A stretch of 64,000 bases of DNA from Verrucomicrobiales bacterium (GTDB lineage: Bacteria; Verrucomicrobiota; Verrucomicrobiia; Methylacidiphilales; JAAUTS01). The stretch is taken from contig JAIRPN010000014.1 in NCBI GenBank assembly GCA_031256975.1, forward strand, positions 30,957 to 94,956, given 5' to 3'. The position numbers and the translations under genes were made by a program. Below are positions 9,278 through 21,767 of the stretch, in pieces. The notes beneath the pieces were generated by a model. It was not told the origin of the DNA, ran no database searches, and was given only the letters and a program-made list of their open reading frames with translations. Position 1 is the first letter of the stretch. Every line of letters begins with the position of its first letter.

Positions 9278-10083
9278 GACGGCTATTGATAGGGGGAATA
9301 GTGCTTCCGGTGCTGTTGTTCCCGGGGCTTGTTGCGTGTGATTCGAAACATGACGCTAATGACGGACATGATCATGCCGCAGAGATGACCAACGATCAGG
9401 CTAACGACGAGCATGGCGACGAATTTTCCGGTGCAAACTTCGAAGAGGGAAAAGGCATCCGCATGTCGGATGAGGCATGGAAATCCCTGGGTTTGCAGCA
9501 GCTCGCGGTTAGCGAACAGCCGGCGGCATTTAACATCACGATCAGCGCCCAGGTTTACCGTTCGGTGGCGGAGTCATCCGATGCTCAGGATGGGCAACAA
9601 AGCCGCGCTTTTGCCACGGCGTTGGTTTCACCCGAGCAAGCGGCGCGTATTCGCGTCGGACAGTCGGTACATTACAGCGCTAATGGTGATGAGGCGAATG
9701 AACGGCTTGGAACACTGTGGAAAATCGAAAGGACCCAGATGTCCTTGCTGGGCAAGGCCGAATTGTTGTTAGTACTGCCGGACGCCAATCACGAATTGGG
9801 AGTTGGTGATTTTATAAGCCTGAAGATTCCGGTGGAAAATTCCAATAAAAGCGTCATTAGCATTCCAAAGTCGGCGCTTCTGGAGACCTCCCAAGGTTAT
9901 TACGTTTTCACGGTTAGCGGAGAATTTTTACAGCGCCGCGAGGTCAAGGTTGGTTCGCAAAATGACGATTTCGTTGAAATTGTCGACGGACTGAAGTCTG
10001 GAGACAGCATCGTGGTCAAACCGGTGGACATTTTGTATCTCATCGAACTTAAAGCCACCAAAGGTGGCGGACACGGACACTAA
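9274..10083 (+). CDS. CzcB-like periplasmic adaptor, short form with His-rich termini
   Basis: The ATG at 9274 gives lipoprotein-like MRRLLIGGIVLPVLLFPGLVACDS. N-terminus has a His/Asp-rich stretch (HDANDGHDHAAEMTNDQANDEHGDE) and the C-terminus ends GGGHGH. The beta-barrel/membrane-proximal region is typical of MFPs (GDFISLKIPVE...IPKSALLETSQGYYVF). Confidence 0.75.
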   Translation: MRRLLIGGIVLPVLLFPGLVACDSKHDANDGHDHAAEMTNDQANDEHGDEFSGANFEEGKGIRMSDEAWKSLGLQQLAVSEQPAAFNITISAQVYRSVAESSDAQDGQQSRAFATALVSPEQAARIRVGQSVHYSANGDEANERLGTLWKIERTQMSLLGKAELLLVLPDANHELGVGDFISLKIPVENSNKSVISIPKSALLETSQGYYVFTVSGEFLQRREVKVGSQNDDFVEIVDGLKSGDSIVVKPVDILYLIELKATKGGGHGH

Positions 10084-10084
10084 T

Positions 10085-13000
10085 ATGATCAACAAGATTC
10101 TTGAATTTTCCATGCGTCAGCGGATTTTCATTCTGCTGGCCACGATGGCATTGTTGGGGAGTGGCATATGGTCGGCTTTTCGTTTGCCAATGGATGCCGT
10201 GCCCGACATCACCAACGTACAGGTGCAGATCAACGCCGAGGTCGGGGGTTTGGCCCCCGAGGAAATAGAAAAATTAGTGACCTATCCGATCGAAATGGAA
10301 ATGTCGGGAATCCAGGGGATGACCGATTTACGGTCCTTGTCGAAGACCGGCTTGTCCCAAGTCACTTTGATATTCGCCGATGGCACGGACATTTATCGGG
10401 CCCGGCAGCTGGTCAGTGAACGGCTTGCCAACCTGACCGACGAACTGCCCGGAGGGGTGTCGCCAAAATTGGCGCCGATCAGTACCGGTCTGGGGGAAAT
10501 TTTTTATTATGTGGTCGATTATAAAAAAGACTGCCAGGAACCGGAGAAATCACTGTCGCGACAGGAACAATTGATGGAACTGAAGATGGTGCAGGATTTC
10601 ATTATAAAACCCAAGCTGCGGGCCGTTGCAGGGATTGCCGAGATCAGCACTTCGGGAGGTTACGAAAAACAGATTGTCGTGTCACCGCAGCCGGAGAAAT
10701 TATCAAGTGCGGGGATTGGATTCGAGGACATTGCCGATGTCATCGCCAAAAATGTGACAAACGCCGGTGGAGGGATAATTCAGGTGGGCGGCGAGCAGGT
10801 CTCCATCCGCACGGACGGGCGTGTGCAGACTGCGGAGGAGATCGGCAATCTTCCCGTCAGGTTTCATGCCGGGTCCAAGCCGCTAACGGTGAAGGATGTG
10901 GCGGAAGTCAAGACTGGTGCCGGAATCAGGACCGGTTCCGCCACCTATCAGGGACGTGAGGTGGTGCTGGGCACGGTGCTGATGCTGACCGGTGAGAACA
11001 GCCGCATCGTCGCACAACGGGTGGCGGATAAACTTGAAGAGATCAAAAACAAGCTGCCGGAAGGGGTTGAGATTATCACGGTGTATGACCGGACCAACCT
11101 GGTGGACAAGACCATTGCGACGGTGAAAAAAAATTTGTTTGAAGGCGCTGTTTTTGTCGCGGTGGTATTGCTTTTGTTGCTCGGCAACTGGCGTGCGGCA
11201 CTGATTGTCTCGGCGGCAATCCCGCTGTCGTTCTTGTTCGCCATTAGCGGCATGGTGCAATCCAGGATTTCAGGGAATCTGATGAGCCTGGGGGCAATTG
11301 ACTTCGGGCTGATCATCGACGGTGCGGTGGTGATGGTGGAAAACATCGTGCGGAGGCTTGGCCTCCGCCAGCATGAACTTAAAAGGACTTTGACGGTAGA
11401 AGAGCGGCATGGTGTCGTTCTGAGTGCCGCCAAGGAAGTGGCAATGCCGACCTTCTTCGGCGTGCTGATTATCACCATTGTTTACATTCCCATCCTGTCG
11501 CTAACCGGCGTGGAGGGGAAAACTTTTTCTCCGATGGCCTGGACGGTGATTTTCGCCCTGATCGGGGCCCTGATCCTGACAATGACGCTAATGCCGGTAT
11601 TGTGTGCGCATGTTTTGACGGGAAAAATCGTGGAAAAGGACAATTGGGCGATCAGATCTCTGAAGGCTCTTTATTTGCCGTGCTTGGAGCTGGCTTTGCG
11701 TTTTCGCTGGTTGGTCATTGGTGCCGCGGTGGCGGTGTTCGTGTTTTCGCTGGCGTTGTTCAACCGCTTGGGAGCGGAGTTTATCCCCCAGCTTGACGAG
11801 GGATCATACGCGACCCATGTGATTCGCGCCAATAGCATAGGATTGGACGCATCCATTGCGATGCAGGAAAGAGTCGAGCGGGTATTATTGGGTCAATTTC
11901 CGGAGGTGGCTTACGTCTTTTCGCGTATCGGCACTTCCGAAGTGGCCACTGATCCTATGGGGGTCAATGTGGCGGATACCTATATTTTTTACCGCCCGAT
12001 GAAGGAGTGGGAAACGGCGACGACCAAGGATGAACTGGCGGATAAGATGAATCGCGAACTCAGCATCCAGATTCCCGGCCAGACTTATCTGTTTTCGCAG
12101 CCGATAGAAATGCGTTTCAATGAGATTTTGGAAGGTACGCGCGCGGATATCGCGGTGAAAATTTTCGGCGAGGATTATGGGGAAATTGAACGAATCGCGA
12201 CGGAGGTTCGCGAAGTGTTGGAAAAGGTTCCAGGTGCCGCGGATGTTGAGTTTGATGCCTTGGGCAAGGCACCCATGTTGGAGGTAAGGCCGAAACGCGA
12301 GGCCATGGCCAAGTTCAATGTCCAGGCTTTCGAGATCAATCAACTCATCGAGATTGCCCTGGGAGGGCGGGAGGTTGGCAAAGTCATCGATGGTAACCGA
12401 CGCTATCCAATCGTGGTGCGGATGCCCGAGGAAATCCGCCGCAAGATCAGGGAAATACAACTTTTACCGGTGCGGACTGCCAATGGTGGAGTCTTGTCTT
12501 TGGGGCAGTTGGCGGATATTGGCGTGAAAGAACGAGTTAATACGATTGCCAGGGAATTTGGCCAACGGCGCGCCGCCATCATGGTTAATCTGCGTGGCCG
12601 CGATGTGGAGAGCTATGTTCTTGAGGCGCAACAGAAAGTACAGAAAGAGATCAAATTACCGGAGGGATATGCAGTTGAATTTGGCGGCCAATTCAAAAAT
12701 TTGCAGGAAGCGAGGGCCCGCTTGGCGGTCATTGTTCCGATTGCCTTGCTGGTTATTTTCGTTTTGATCTTCATGGCATTTGGCAGTTTGCGACAGGCTT
12801 TGCTTGTGTACAGTGGCGTGCCCCTGGCGGTTACCGGAGGAATATTCTCCTTATGGCTGCGCGGGATGCCGTTCAGCATTAGCGCCGGAGTGGGCTTTAT
12901 TGCCTTGTCCGGCGTGGCGGTGCTGAATGGCATGATGCTGGTTGCCTATTTCAATCAATTGCGGGAACAGGGAAGGGATATTTCCACTGCCGTCAAAGAG

Positions 13001-13222
13001 GGCGCCTTGACCAGATTGCGTCCCGTGATTATGACCGCGCTGGTGGCCAGCATGGGATTTTTGCCCATGGCGTTGAGCTCCGGAGCGGGCGCGGAAGTTC
13101 AGCGACCGCTGGCCACGGTAGTGATAGGGGGTGTTGTCACCTCAACGTTTTTAACATTGATTGTTTTGCCGATACTCTATGAATGGGTGGAGCGGCGTTT
13201 TGGTCGAAGCGCCGCTAAATAG
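10085..13222 (+). CDS. CzcA/CusA-family heavy-metal efflux RND permease
   Basis: About 1045 aa from the ATG at 10085, one nt after the upstream TAA. 12-TM RND architecture with the HME-type motif GAIDFGLIIDGAVVMVEN. Confidence 0.9.
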   Translation: MINKILEFSMRQRIFILLATMALLGSGIWSAFRLPMDAVPDITNVQVQINAEVGGLAPEEIEKLVTYPIEMEMSGIQGMTDLRSLSKTGLSQVTLIFADGTDIYRARQLVSERLANLTDELPGGVSPKLAPISTGLGEIFYYVVDYKKDCQEPEKSLSRQEQLMELKMVQDFIIKPKLRAVAGIAEISTSGGYEKQIVVSPQPEKLSSAGIGFEDIADVIAKNVTNAGGGIIQVGGEQVSIRTDGRVQTAEEIGNLPVRFHAGSKPLTVKDVAEVKTGAGIRTGSATYQGREVVLGTVLMLTGENSRIVAQRVADKLEEIKNKLPEGVEIITVYDRTNLVDKTIATVKKNLFEGAVFVAVVLLLLLGNWRAALIVSAAIPLSFLFAISGMVQSRISGNLMSLGAIDFGLIIDGAVVMVENIVRRLGLRQHELKRTLTVEERHGVVLSAAKEVAMPTFFGVLIITIVYIPILSLTGVEGKTFSPMAWTVIFALIGALILTMTLMPVLCAHVLTGKIVEKDNWAIRSLKALYLPCLELALRFRWLVIGAAVAVFVFSLALFNRLGAEFIPQLDEGSYATHVIRANSIGLDASIAMQERVERVLLGQFPEVAYVFSRIGTSEVATDPMGVNVADTYIFYRPMKEWETATTKDELADKMNRELSIQIPGQTYLFSQPIEMRFNEILEGTRADIAVKIFGEDYGEIERIATEVREVLEKVPGAADVEFDALGKAPMLEVRPKREAMAKFNVQAFEINQLIEIALGGREVGKVIDGNRRYPIVVRMPEEIRRKIREIQLLPVRTANGGVLSLGQLADIGVKERVNTIAREFGQRRAAIMVNLRGRDVESYVLEAQQKVQKEIKLPEGYAVEFGGQFKNLQEARARLAVIVPIALLVIFVLIFMAFGSLRQALLVYSGVPLAVTGGIFSLWLRGMPFSISAGVGFIALSGVAVLNGMMLVAYFNQLREQGRDISTAVKEGALTRLRPVIMTALVASMGFLPMALSSGAGAEVQRPLATVVIGGVVTSTFLTLIVLPILYEWVERRFGRSAAK

Positions 13223-13248
13223 GAGTACGTTCCTTTTGCCGACTATCT

Positions 13249-14178
<930 letters not shown>

Positions 14179-14227
14179 GTTGGTTGGATATGGTTCGCGT
14201 TTGATTATGGCGAAGATTCGTGGGGGG

Positions 14228-15496
14228 TCAATAGGCAGATGCGGTCTTGTAGGGATTGTCAGGGTTGGGTTCGTTCAACCGGAACAAGATCGCGGTTAGC
14301 GTCCAGGTCAGGGCATTGGTCGCCAACAGGACGGCAAACGGGAACAGCCATTGTTGTTGGGACATCAATACCGCGCCGCCGGCGGCAATCACCGCCAACC
14401 AGGCAATCTCTAACAACACGCTAACGGTAAGATTCTTGCATAACGCGAGCTGGCTGGCGGTTAGCGAGGTCAACAACAAGGCGGCAATAAGCCAGAGGGT
14501 TGGCGCCGGGCGCAGGAAATTGGCGGCGAACAGGTCTTTCAGAGCCTGGTATTGCACGCGTACCGGAGAAGCGCTGCCCTTGGCGGTGTTGACGGGCTGA
14601 TAAGTGTTGGGAGCCTCGGCCCCGACCAGCAGGATTTTGCCGCTAATGGCGGTCAGGTCGATGAGCGGCGGGAAATTGTTGCGGATTTGTTCGGAGGAAA
14701 CCACCAATTGATAAAATTCGTTGGCTTGGCTTTTCAGAGTGTCGACTTGGTAATGCAGGGACAGGCAGCCTTCGCTGTCGATCGGGATGCGGGCCAGTTC
14801 GCGGTTGGTGCTGTCGCGGAGAATGATGGCGGTGCCGGTGGATTCCGATTTGTCCCAGTCTGCCGACAAATATTGCGCGTAAGTTTGCAGGACAAAGCTG
14901 GGAACCAGTTTCCGGTGATGGCCGAGGATCAGCGGGATTTTTTGCGATTGCTGGTTGACTGTTAGCGGGATGGCGGGAATGCCCAGTTTGGCGCTGCTGA
15001 GGATGTCGGGCGGAGGAAAATCAAGGGAGTTGACCGCCAGCAAATGGGCGGGAGCCTTGCCCGGCAGCACATCGAGAGGGGTTTGGTTTGGCGACTTCGC
15101 GGTTAGCGCCTGAGCGGGCAGGACCACGCGGTTCAGGTGGCGGATTTGTTTGCCGAATTGCAAATCATAGATCTTGTAATCGGCCTCGCTGGATTGCTGC
15201 GGGATATCAATGGCGACCACCGCGGGTTTGAATGGCGCGATGGCATTGAGGAACACGGCATAGTCGAGTCCGGTCCAAGGCCAGATTTGCTGGCCGACAT
15301 CCTGGATGGTGACCAGCATCACCGGTGGCGTGGCCGGAGTCTTGCCCGGCAACATGCGGGAGAGCATATCGCTGGCGCGCTGGTCGTAGCCTGCGGTCAA
15401 CCCGAACGAGTAACAGATGAATGCAGCGCCGCTCATGGCGATGGCGAGGCCGATGGCAAAGATTCTTAGAGTTCGGGTGGAGACGATAGTGTTCAA
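14228..15496 (-). CDS. CHASE2-domain membrane protein with no recognisable output domain
   Basis: 422 aa. Layout is an N-terminal TM, a roughly 300-aa extracytoplasmic region resembling CHASE2, then three C-terminal TM helices, after which the protein ends. The apparent start is TTG. Confidence 0.55.
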   Translation of the reverse strand: MNTIVSTRTLRIFAIGLAIAMSGAAFICYSFGLTAGYDQRASDMLSRMLPGKTPATPPVMLVTIQDVGQQIWPWTGLDYAVFLNAIAPFKPAVVAIDIPQQSSEADYKIYDLQFGKQIRHLNRVVLPAQALTAKSPNQTPLDVLPGKAPAHLLAVNSLDFPPPDILSSAKLGIPAIPLTVNQQSQKIPLILGHHRKLVPSFVLQTYAQYLSADWDKSESTGTAIILRDSTNRELARIPIDSEGCLSLHYQVDTLKSQANEFYQLVVSSEQIRNNFPPLIDLTAISGKILLVGAEAPNTYQPVNTAKGSASPVRVQYQALKDLFAANFLRPAPTLWLIAALLLTSLTASQLALCKNLTVSVLLEIAWLAVIAAGGAVLMSQQQWLFPFAVLLATNALTWTLTAILFRLNEPNPDNPYKTASAY

Positions 15497-15676
15497 GGCT
15501 TAGTTACTGTTGAGAATAAGTATTTAGCAGCTTTTAGAAATTGTGGTAATATCTTTCATCTAGTAATTTTACTTTTTTTGAAATTGGCATTAAATTAGCT
15601 TTGTTAAAATATGTGATGGAAAGTAACTTTTGCTTGCCATTACCAGGGTGAAACACGATTATTTCGGACTCATTTT

Positions 15677-16504
15677 ATGTTTTTAGCATCCGTCAGTCCC
15701 ACAGCAGAGGTTGTAGGTCCCTATTCGTGGGTTACGAATTCGATGGTTAGCTCCGTGATCGTCGTCGTGGCGATTATATTATTCGTTCGCTTGGCAACAC
15801 GCCGCGCTTCGTTGGTGCCCTCCGGTGCGCAAAATTTTCTCGAATGGGTGGTTGAATCGCTGTTTAATCTGGTCGAATCGGTGGTGGGTAAAGGACTGGT
15901 GCGGAAAACCATGCCGCTGCTCGCCTCGTACTTCATTTTTATTCTGGTGGCCAACTGGACCGGTTTGTTGCCGGGTGTCGGCACGGTTGGTTTTTTGCAT
16001 GAGGAGGGTGGCAAGACGGAATTCGTGCCGCTGTTGCGCGGAGCCAATGCCGACCTGAACATGACCTTGGCGTTGGCCTCCTCGTTCATGCTGGTCTGGC
16101 TGGTCTGGACCTTGCGTGAGGTTGGTCTGGTTGGTTTCCTCAAACACACCTTTGGCCCGAAAAGCCTGATGGAAACGCTGGGTTCCAGCGGCATTGCCAA
16201 GGCCGCGATCATCGGCATGAACGTGTTCCTGTGCGTGATTTTCTTTGGCGTTGGCATCGTCGAGTTGATTTCCATTGCCTCGCGATTGCTGTCGCTGCCG
16301 ATCCGACTTTACGGCAATATTTACGCGGGTGAAAACCTGATTGAGTCCCTGATGAACATGTTTGGCCCGTGGTGGGGGATTTTTGTTTGTATCCCAGCCT
16401 ACGTGATGGAACTGATGGTCGGTTTCATCCAAGCCTTCGTGTTCCTGTTGTTGTGCTCGGTGTATACCCAGCTGTCCGCCACGAACGAGGAGGAAGGGCA
16501 TTAG
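15677..16504 (+). CDS. atpB: F0F1 ATP synthase subunit a
   Basis: 275 aa polytopic protein with the conserved LSLPIRLYGNIYAGE motif. First gene of the atp operon, after a roughly 180-bp AT-rich spacer. Confidence 0.9.
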   Translation: MFLASVSPTAEVVGPYSWVTNSMVSSVIVVVAIILFVRLATRRASLVPSGAQNFLEWVVESLFNLVESVVGKGLVRKTMPLLASYFIFILVANWTGLLPGVGTVGFLHEEGGKTEFVPLLRGANADLNMTLALASSFMLVWLVWTLREVGLVGFLKHTFGPKSLMETLGSSGIAKAAIIGMNVFLCVIFFGVGIVELISIASRLLSLPIRLYGNIYAGENLIESLMNMFGPWWGIFVCIPAYVMELMVGFIQAFVFLLLCSVYTQLSATNEEEGH

Positions 16505-16569
16505 AATTTTGCCGGCGGGACCATCCGTGAGAGTGGGCGTCGGCAAGCAAATAAAACGAAAGAAAAACT

Positions 16570-16797
16570 ATGATGATCGCAGAAGTCAGTGAAACTATCC
16601 AGGGTCTCGGCAGCATTAGCGTCGGCGGCGCGGCACTCGGTGCGGCGCTTGGCGTGGGTGTGATCGGTGCGAAGGCGGTGGAAGCCGTCGGCCGCAATCC
16701 CGGCACCTTCCCGAAAGTGCTGACCATGGCCTTGCTGAGCATGGCCTTGGCCGAAGCTATCGTGTTCTACGCCTTGTTCATCAAGGGCGCGGCCTAA
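16570..16797 (+). CDS. atpE: F0F1 ATP synthase subunit c
   Basis: 75-aa hairpin proteolipid with a GxGxGxG helix, an RNP loop and a carboxylate-bearing second helix (LAEAI). Confidence 0.9.
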   Translation: MMIAEVSETIQGLGSISVGGAALGAALGVGVIGAKAVEAVGRNPGTFPKVLTMALLSMALAEAIVFYALFIKGAA

Positions 16798-16840
16798 TTA
16801 TCTAAACCCCGCGGGGGAGGGTTAAATCCCCCGACATTTT

Positions 16841-17407
16841 ATGGTTGAATCCCTATTCACTACAGTGGCACAGAACGCGTTCCTCGCGGAGGGCGCGGCG
16901 GATGGTTTTGTCAAGGTGATCAATGATCTCGGCATCGAATGGCCGGCGCTGATCGCGCAGCTGGTCATTTTCATCATCCTGTTCCTGGCCTTGAAAAAAT
17001 ACGCCTACCAGCCGATCCTGAAGGTGCTGGACGAGCGCAAGCAGCGCATCGAGGAAAGCATGGCGAATGTCGAGAAGATCAAGAGTGACCTCGCCGAGAC
17101 GGAAAAAACCCGCCAGGAAATCATTGCCAAGGCCAACACGACGGCCAATGAATTGATTGCCAAGGCCAAGGCGGATGCCGAGGCGTTAAACGCCAAGAAA
17201 ATCCAGGAGACCGTCCATCAGGTCGAGTCGATGCTGCGCAAGGCCGAGGAGGCCGCGGCGCAGGAGCGCGAGAAACTGGCCAATGAATTGCGCCAGGAAA
17301 TGGGCAAGCTGGTGGTGTTGACCACCTCGAAGGTGATTGGCCGCACGCTGACGCCGGAAGACCAGGCGCGCCTGCAAAAGGAAGCGCTGGACGCATTGAA
17401 AAATTAA
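16841..17407 (+). CDS. atpF: F0F1 ATP synthase subunit b
   Basis: 188 aa. Single N-terminal TM followed by a long charged coiled coil (E/K/A rich), in the expected operon position. Confidence 0.85.
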   Translation: MVESLFTTVAQNAFLAEGAADGFVKVINDLGIEWPALIAQLVIFIILFLALKKYAYQPILKVLDERKQRIEESMANVEKIKSDLAETEKTRQEIIAKANTTANELIAKAKADAEALNAKKIQETVHQVESMLRKAEEAAAQEREKLANELRQEMGKLVVLTTSKVIGRTLTPEDQARLQKEALDALKN

Positions 17408-17417
17408 TCCGAACGTC

Positions 17418-17807
17418 ATGAGAATCACCCGCGAAGCCCGCACCATCGCCAAGCGCCTGTTCCTGCTGTGCCGCAAGGACGGCAGGCTCGACGAGTCCGC
17501 ATTGCGCCTGGTGGTCAATGAGATTGCGGCGAAAAAGCCGCGCAACTACGCGGCGATTTTGTCGCGCCTGGCCCGCTTGGTGGAGATTGATTTGAACGAG
17601 CGGACCGCCGTGGTGGGAACCGCCGCCGCGCTGGCGGACAACGGCAAACAAATTCTGGCGGCGTTGAATGCCGAGTTTCCCAACCTTGCGGCAAGCAGGG
17701 TGGAAGTGAAGCCGGAATTGATCGGCGGATTGAAGGTGCGCGTCGGCAGCCGGGTCTGGGACACCAGCATTAGCGGACGCTTGGCGGAATTGCAGAAAAG
17801 TTTTTAA
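17418..17807 (+). CDS. atpH: F0F1 ATP synthase subunit delta (short form, 129 aa)
   Basis: Operon position plus the conserved OSCP C-terminus, PELIGGLKVRVGSRVWDTSISGRLAELQ. Confidence 0.75.
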   Translation: MRITREARTIAKRLFLLCRKDGRLDESALRLVVNEIAAKKPRNYAAILSRLARLVEIDLNERTAVVGTAAALADNGKQILAALNAEFPNLAASRVEVKPELIGGLKVRVGSRVWDTSISGRLAELQKSF

Positions 17808-17828
17808 CCGAAGGACAAGTATTAGCGT

Positions 17829-19364
17829 ATGAGCACACTATTGGAAGATATCGAATCGCAGATCAAGGGTTTCAAGGGAAGCGACAAGCAGACTAACGTC
17901 GGCCGCGTTCGTGAAATCATGGACGGCGTGGTGAAGATTGAAGGCCTCACCGACGTGGCCTACCAGGAAACCGTCACCTTCGCCAACGGCGCGGTCGGTC
18001 TGGTGTTGAACCTCGAGGATACCGAAGTCGGCGCGATCGTGCTGGGTGATTTCCTTGGCATTAAGGAAGGCGACGAAGTGCGCGCCAGCGGCCACCAGAT
18101 CCGTGTTCCGGTGGGCAAGGCCTTGCTCGGCCGCGTGGTCGATGCGCTTGGCAATCCGATTGACGACAAGGGACCGATCAAGAGCGAGGAATTCAACCCG
18201 GTGGAAAAAATCGCCCCCGGCATCATCAAACGCCGTCCCGTGAACCAGCCCTTGCAGACCGGTATTCTGCCGATCGACACGATGATCCCGATTGGCCGCG
18301 GCCAGCGTGAATTGATCATCGGCGACCGTGCCACCGGCAAAACCACCGTGGCGATCGACACCATCATCAACCAGGCCAAGATCAATCGCCAGGGTGAGAA
18401 GAGCGGTGACAAGAATTTCCGCCCGTTGTATTCGATTTACGTGGCGATCGGCCAGAAGCGCGCCAACCTCGCGCGCGTGATCAACACGCTGACCGAGAAC
18501 GACGCGATGGCTTACACCGTGATCGTGGCCGCGACCGCTTCGGATTCGGCCACCAGCCAATACATCGCTCCGTTTGCCGGCGCCGCGATTGGCGAGTGGT
18601 TCATGCAGCACAACATGGACGCGCTGATTGTGTTTGACGATTTGTCCAAGCATGCCGCCGCTTATCGTCAGATTTCGCTGGTGCTGAAGCGCCCGTCCGG
18701 CCGTGAAGCATATCCGGGTGATGTGTTCTATCTGCATTCCCGTTTGCTGGAACGTTCCGCGCGTCTTAGCGAGGAAGCGGGCGGTGGTTCGCTGACCGCG
18801 CTGCCGATCATTGAAACCCAGGCCGGCGACGTTTCCGCTTACATTCCGACCAACGTCATTTCCATCACCGATGGTCAGATATTTTTGGAAGCCGACTTGT
18901 TCTATCAAGGCGTGCGTCCCGCGATCAACGTCGGCATTAGCGTTTCGCGTGTCGGTTCCGCCGCGCAGATCAAGGCGATCAAGCAGGTTGCCGGCAAGGT
19001 GAAACTCGAACTGGCGCAGTTCCGGGAACTGGCCGCATTCTCGCAGTTTGCCTCCGATCTCGATGCCGCCACCAAGGCCAAGCTCGACCGTGGCGCACGT
19101 ATCGTGGAAGTGTTCAAGCAACCGCAATACCAGCCCGTGCCGATTGAAATGCAGATCGTGATCATGTGGGCCACCCAGAACGGTTATTTTGACGACGTGG
19201 CGGTGGACAAGGTCTTGGACACCAAGGCCAAACTGGTGGACTACATGAACACCCGCGAGGAAGCTTTGCTGAAGGAAATCATCGAGAAGAAGGCATTGGA
19301 CGACGCCTTGCAAGACAAGGTCAAGAACGTCGTCACCGCGTTCAAACAATCGATCAACCACTAA
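17829..19364 (+). CDS. atpA: F0F1 ATP synthase subunit alpha
   Basis: 511 aa with Walker A GDRATGKT and high overall conservation. Confidence 0.95.
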   Translation: MSTLLEDIESQIKGFKGSDKQTNVGRVREIMDGVVKIEGLTDVAYQETVTFANGAVGLVLNLEDTEVGAIVLGDFLGIKEGDEVRASGHQIRVPVGKALLGRVVDALGNPIDDKGPIKSEEFNPVEKIAPGIIKRRPVNQPLQTGILPIDTMIPIGRGQRELIIGDRATGKTTVAIDTIINQAKINRQGEKSGDKNFRPLYSIYVAIGQKRANLARVINTLTENDAMAYTVIVAATASDSATSQYIAPFAGAAIGEWFMQHNMDALIVFDDLSKHAAAYRQISLVLKRPSGREAYPGDVFYLHSRLLERSARLSEEAGGGSLTALPIIETQAGDVSAYIPTNVISITDGQIFLEADLFYQGVRPAINVGISVSRVGSAAQIKAIKQVAGKVKLELAQFRELAAFSQFASDLDAATKAKLDRGARIVEVFKQPQYQPVPIEMQIVIMWATQNGYFDDVAVDKVLDTKAKLVDYMNTREEALLKEIIEKKALDDALQDKVKNVVTAFKQSINH

Positions 19365-19379
19365 CGCTAACCACGAGCC

Positions 19380-20303
19380 ATGCCCAGCACACGCGACATC
19401 CGGCGGCGTATCAAGTCCGTCAAAAGCACGTCTTTGATCACCAAAGCCATGCAAATGGTGGCGGCCTCGAAGATGTCGAAGGCGCAGGAACAGGCCATGC
19501 AGGGTCGCCCGTTCGCCCTGCAGCTGGAAAAAATGCTGAAGGACATCGGCGCGAATGCCCTGGAAGTGGAGCATCCGTTGTGGAAGAACAAGGGCCTCAA
19601 TGACCGTCCCTGTGTGTTATTGATCTCCACCGACAAGGGGCTGTGTGGCGGCCTGAACGCGAATCTGTTCCGTGAAGTCAACGCGCTGCCGAAGGAAACC
19701 GCGTTTGTCACCATCGGGCGCCGTGGCAAGCAGTTCCTTGCGCGCAGCAAGCGCAACCTGTTGGCCGATTTTGAACTGGGTGAAAAAGTGATGTTTACCG
19801 AGGTGAAGAAAGTTTCCGAGTACCTGACCGATTTGTTCCTGAAGGGCGAAATCACCTCGCTAAACGTGGTGTATTCGCAATTCGTCAACACCCTGGTGCA
19901 GAAGCCCAGCAGCGAACCCCTGCTGCCGCTGGCCGACTTGAGCATCACCGATGCGGGTTTGCTAGGGGTCGCCAATAGTAAGAACAAGGAAGCCGCCGAG
20001 GAAGCCCCGGCTCCTGCCGGCGACGTGGCCATCAGCAATATTGATGCCGGATTCATCTACGAACCGAGCGAGGAAGCCGTGGAAAGCAAGCTGTTTCCCA
20101 CCTACGTCAACTTCCAGGTCTATCACATGCTGCTCGAGGCCCGCGCCTCCGAGCACAGCGCGCGCATGGTGGCGATGAAGAACGCCACCGATAATGCCAA
20201 GCAGCTGATCAAGGATCTGACCCTGGAATACAACAAGGTGCGCCAGAGCAGCATCACCAACGAAATTTTGGAAATTGCCGCCGCCCAGATGGCGAGCAAC
20301 TAG
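19380..20303 (+). CDS. atpG: F0F1 ATP synthase subunit gamma
   Basis: 307 aa. N-terminal IRRRIKSVKSTSLITKAMQMVAASK and C-terminal ITNEILEI motifs. Confidence 0.9.
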   Translation: MPSTRDIRRRIKSVKSTSLITKAMQMVAASKMSKAQEQAMQGRPFALQLEKMLKDIGANALEVEHPLWKNKGLNDRPCVLLISTDKGLCGGLNANLFREVNALPKETAFVTIGRRGKQFLARSKRNLLADFELGEKVMFTEVKKVSEYLTDLFLKGEITSLNVVYSQFVNTLVQKPSSEPLLPLADLSITDAGLLGVANSKNKEAAEEAPAPAGDVAISNIDAGFIYEPSEEAVESKLFPTYVNFQVYHMLLEARASEHSARMVAMKNATDNAKQLIKDLTLEYNKVRQSSITNEILEIAAAQMASN

Positions 20304-21740
<1,437 letters not shown>

Positions 21741-21767
21741 GCCGTCAACCGTAGGACAACGCCAACC

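Noticed and set aside
15497-15676. Sigma70 promoter for the atp operon in the AT-rich spacer.
   Set aside because: Several weak -35/-10 pairings are possible, for example TTGGCA...TAAAAT with a 15-nt spacer. None has convincing spacing, so I could not support a specific call.
17838-19574. 578-aa ORF antisense to atpA. Similar long antisense or overlapping ORFs occur at 20913..22067, 19962..20858, 13255..13953, 45423..46142, 28611..29294, 36913..37764, 33020..33817 and 15779..16546.
   Set aside because: All lie opposite or out of frame to genes with unmistakable conserved motifs. Their translations are low-complexity, Arg/Gly/His/Gln-rich and carry no recognisable domains, which is typical of shadow ORFs in GC-rich coding DNA.
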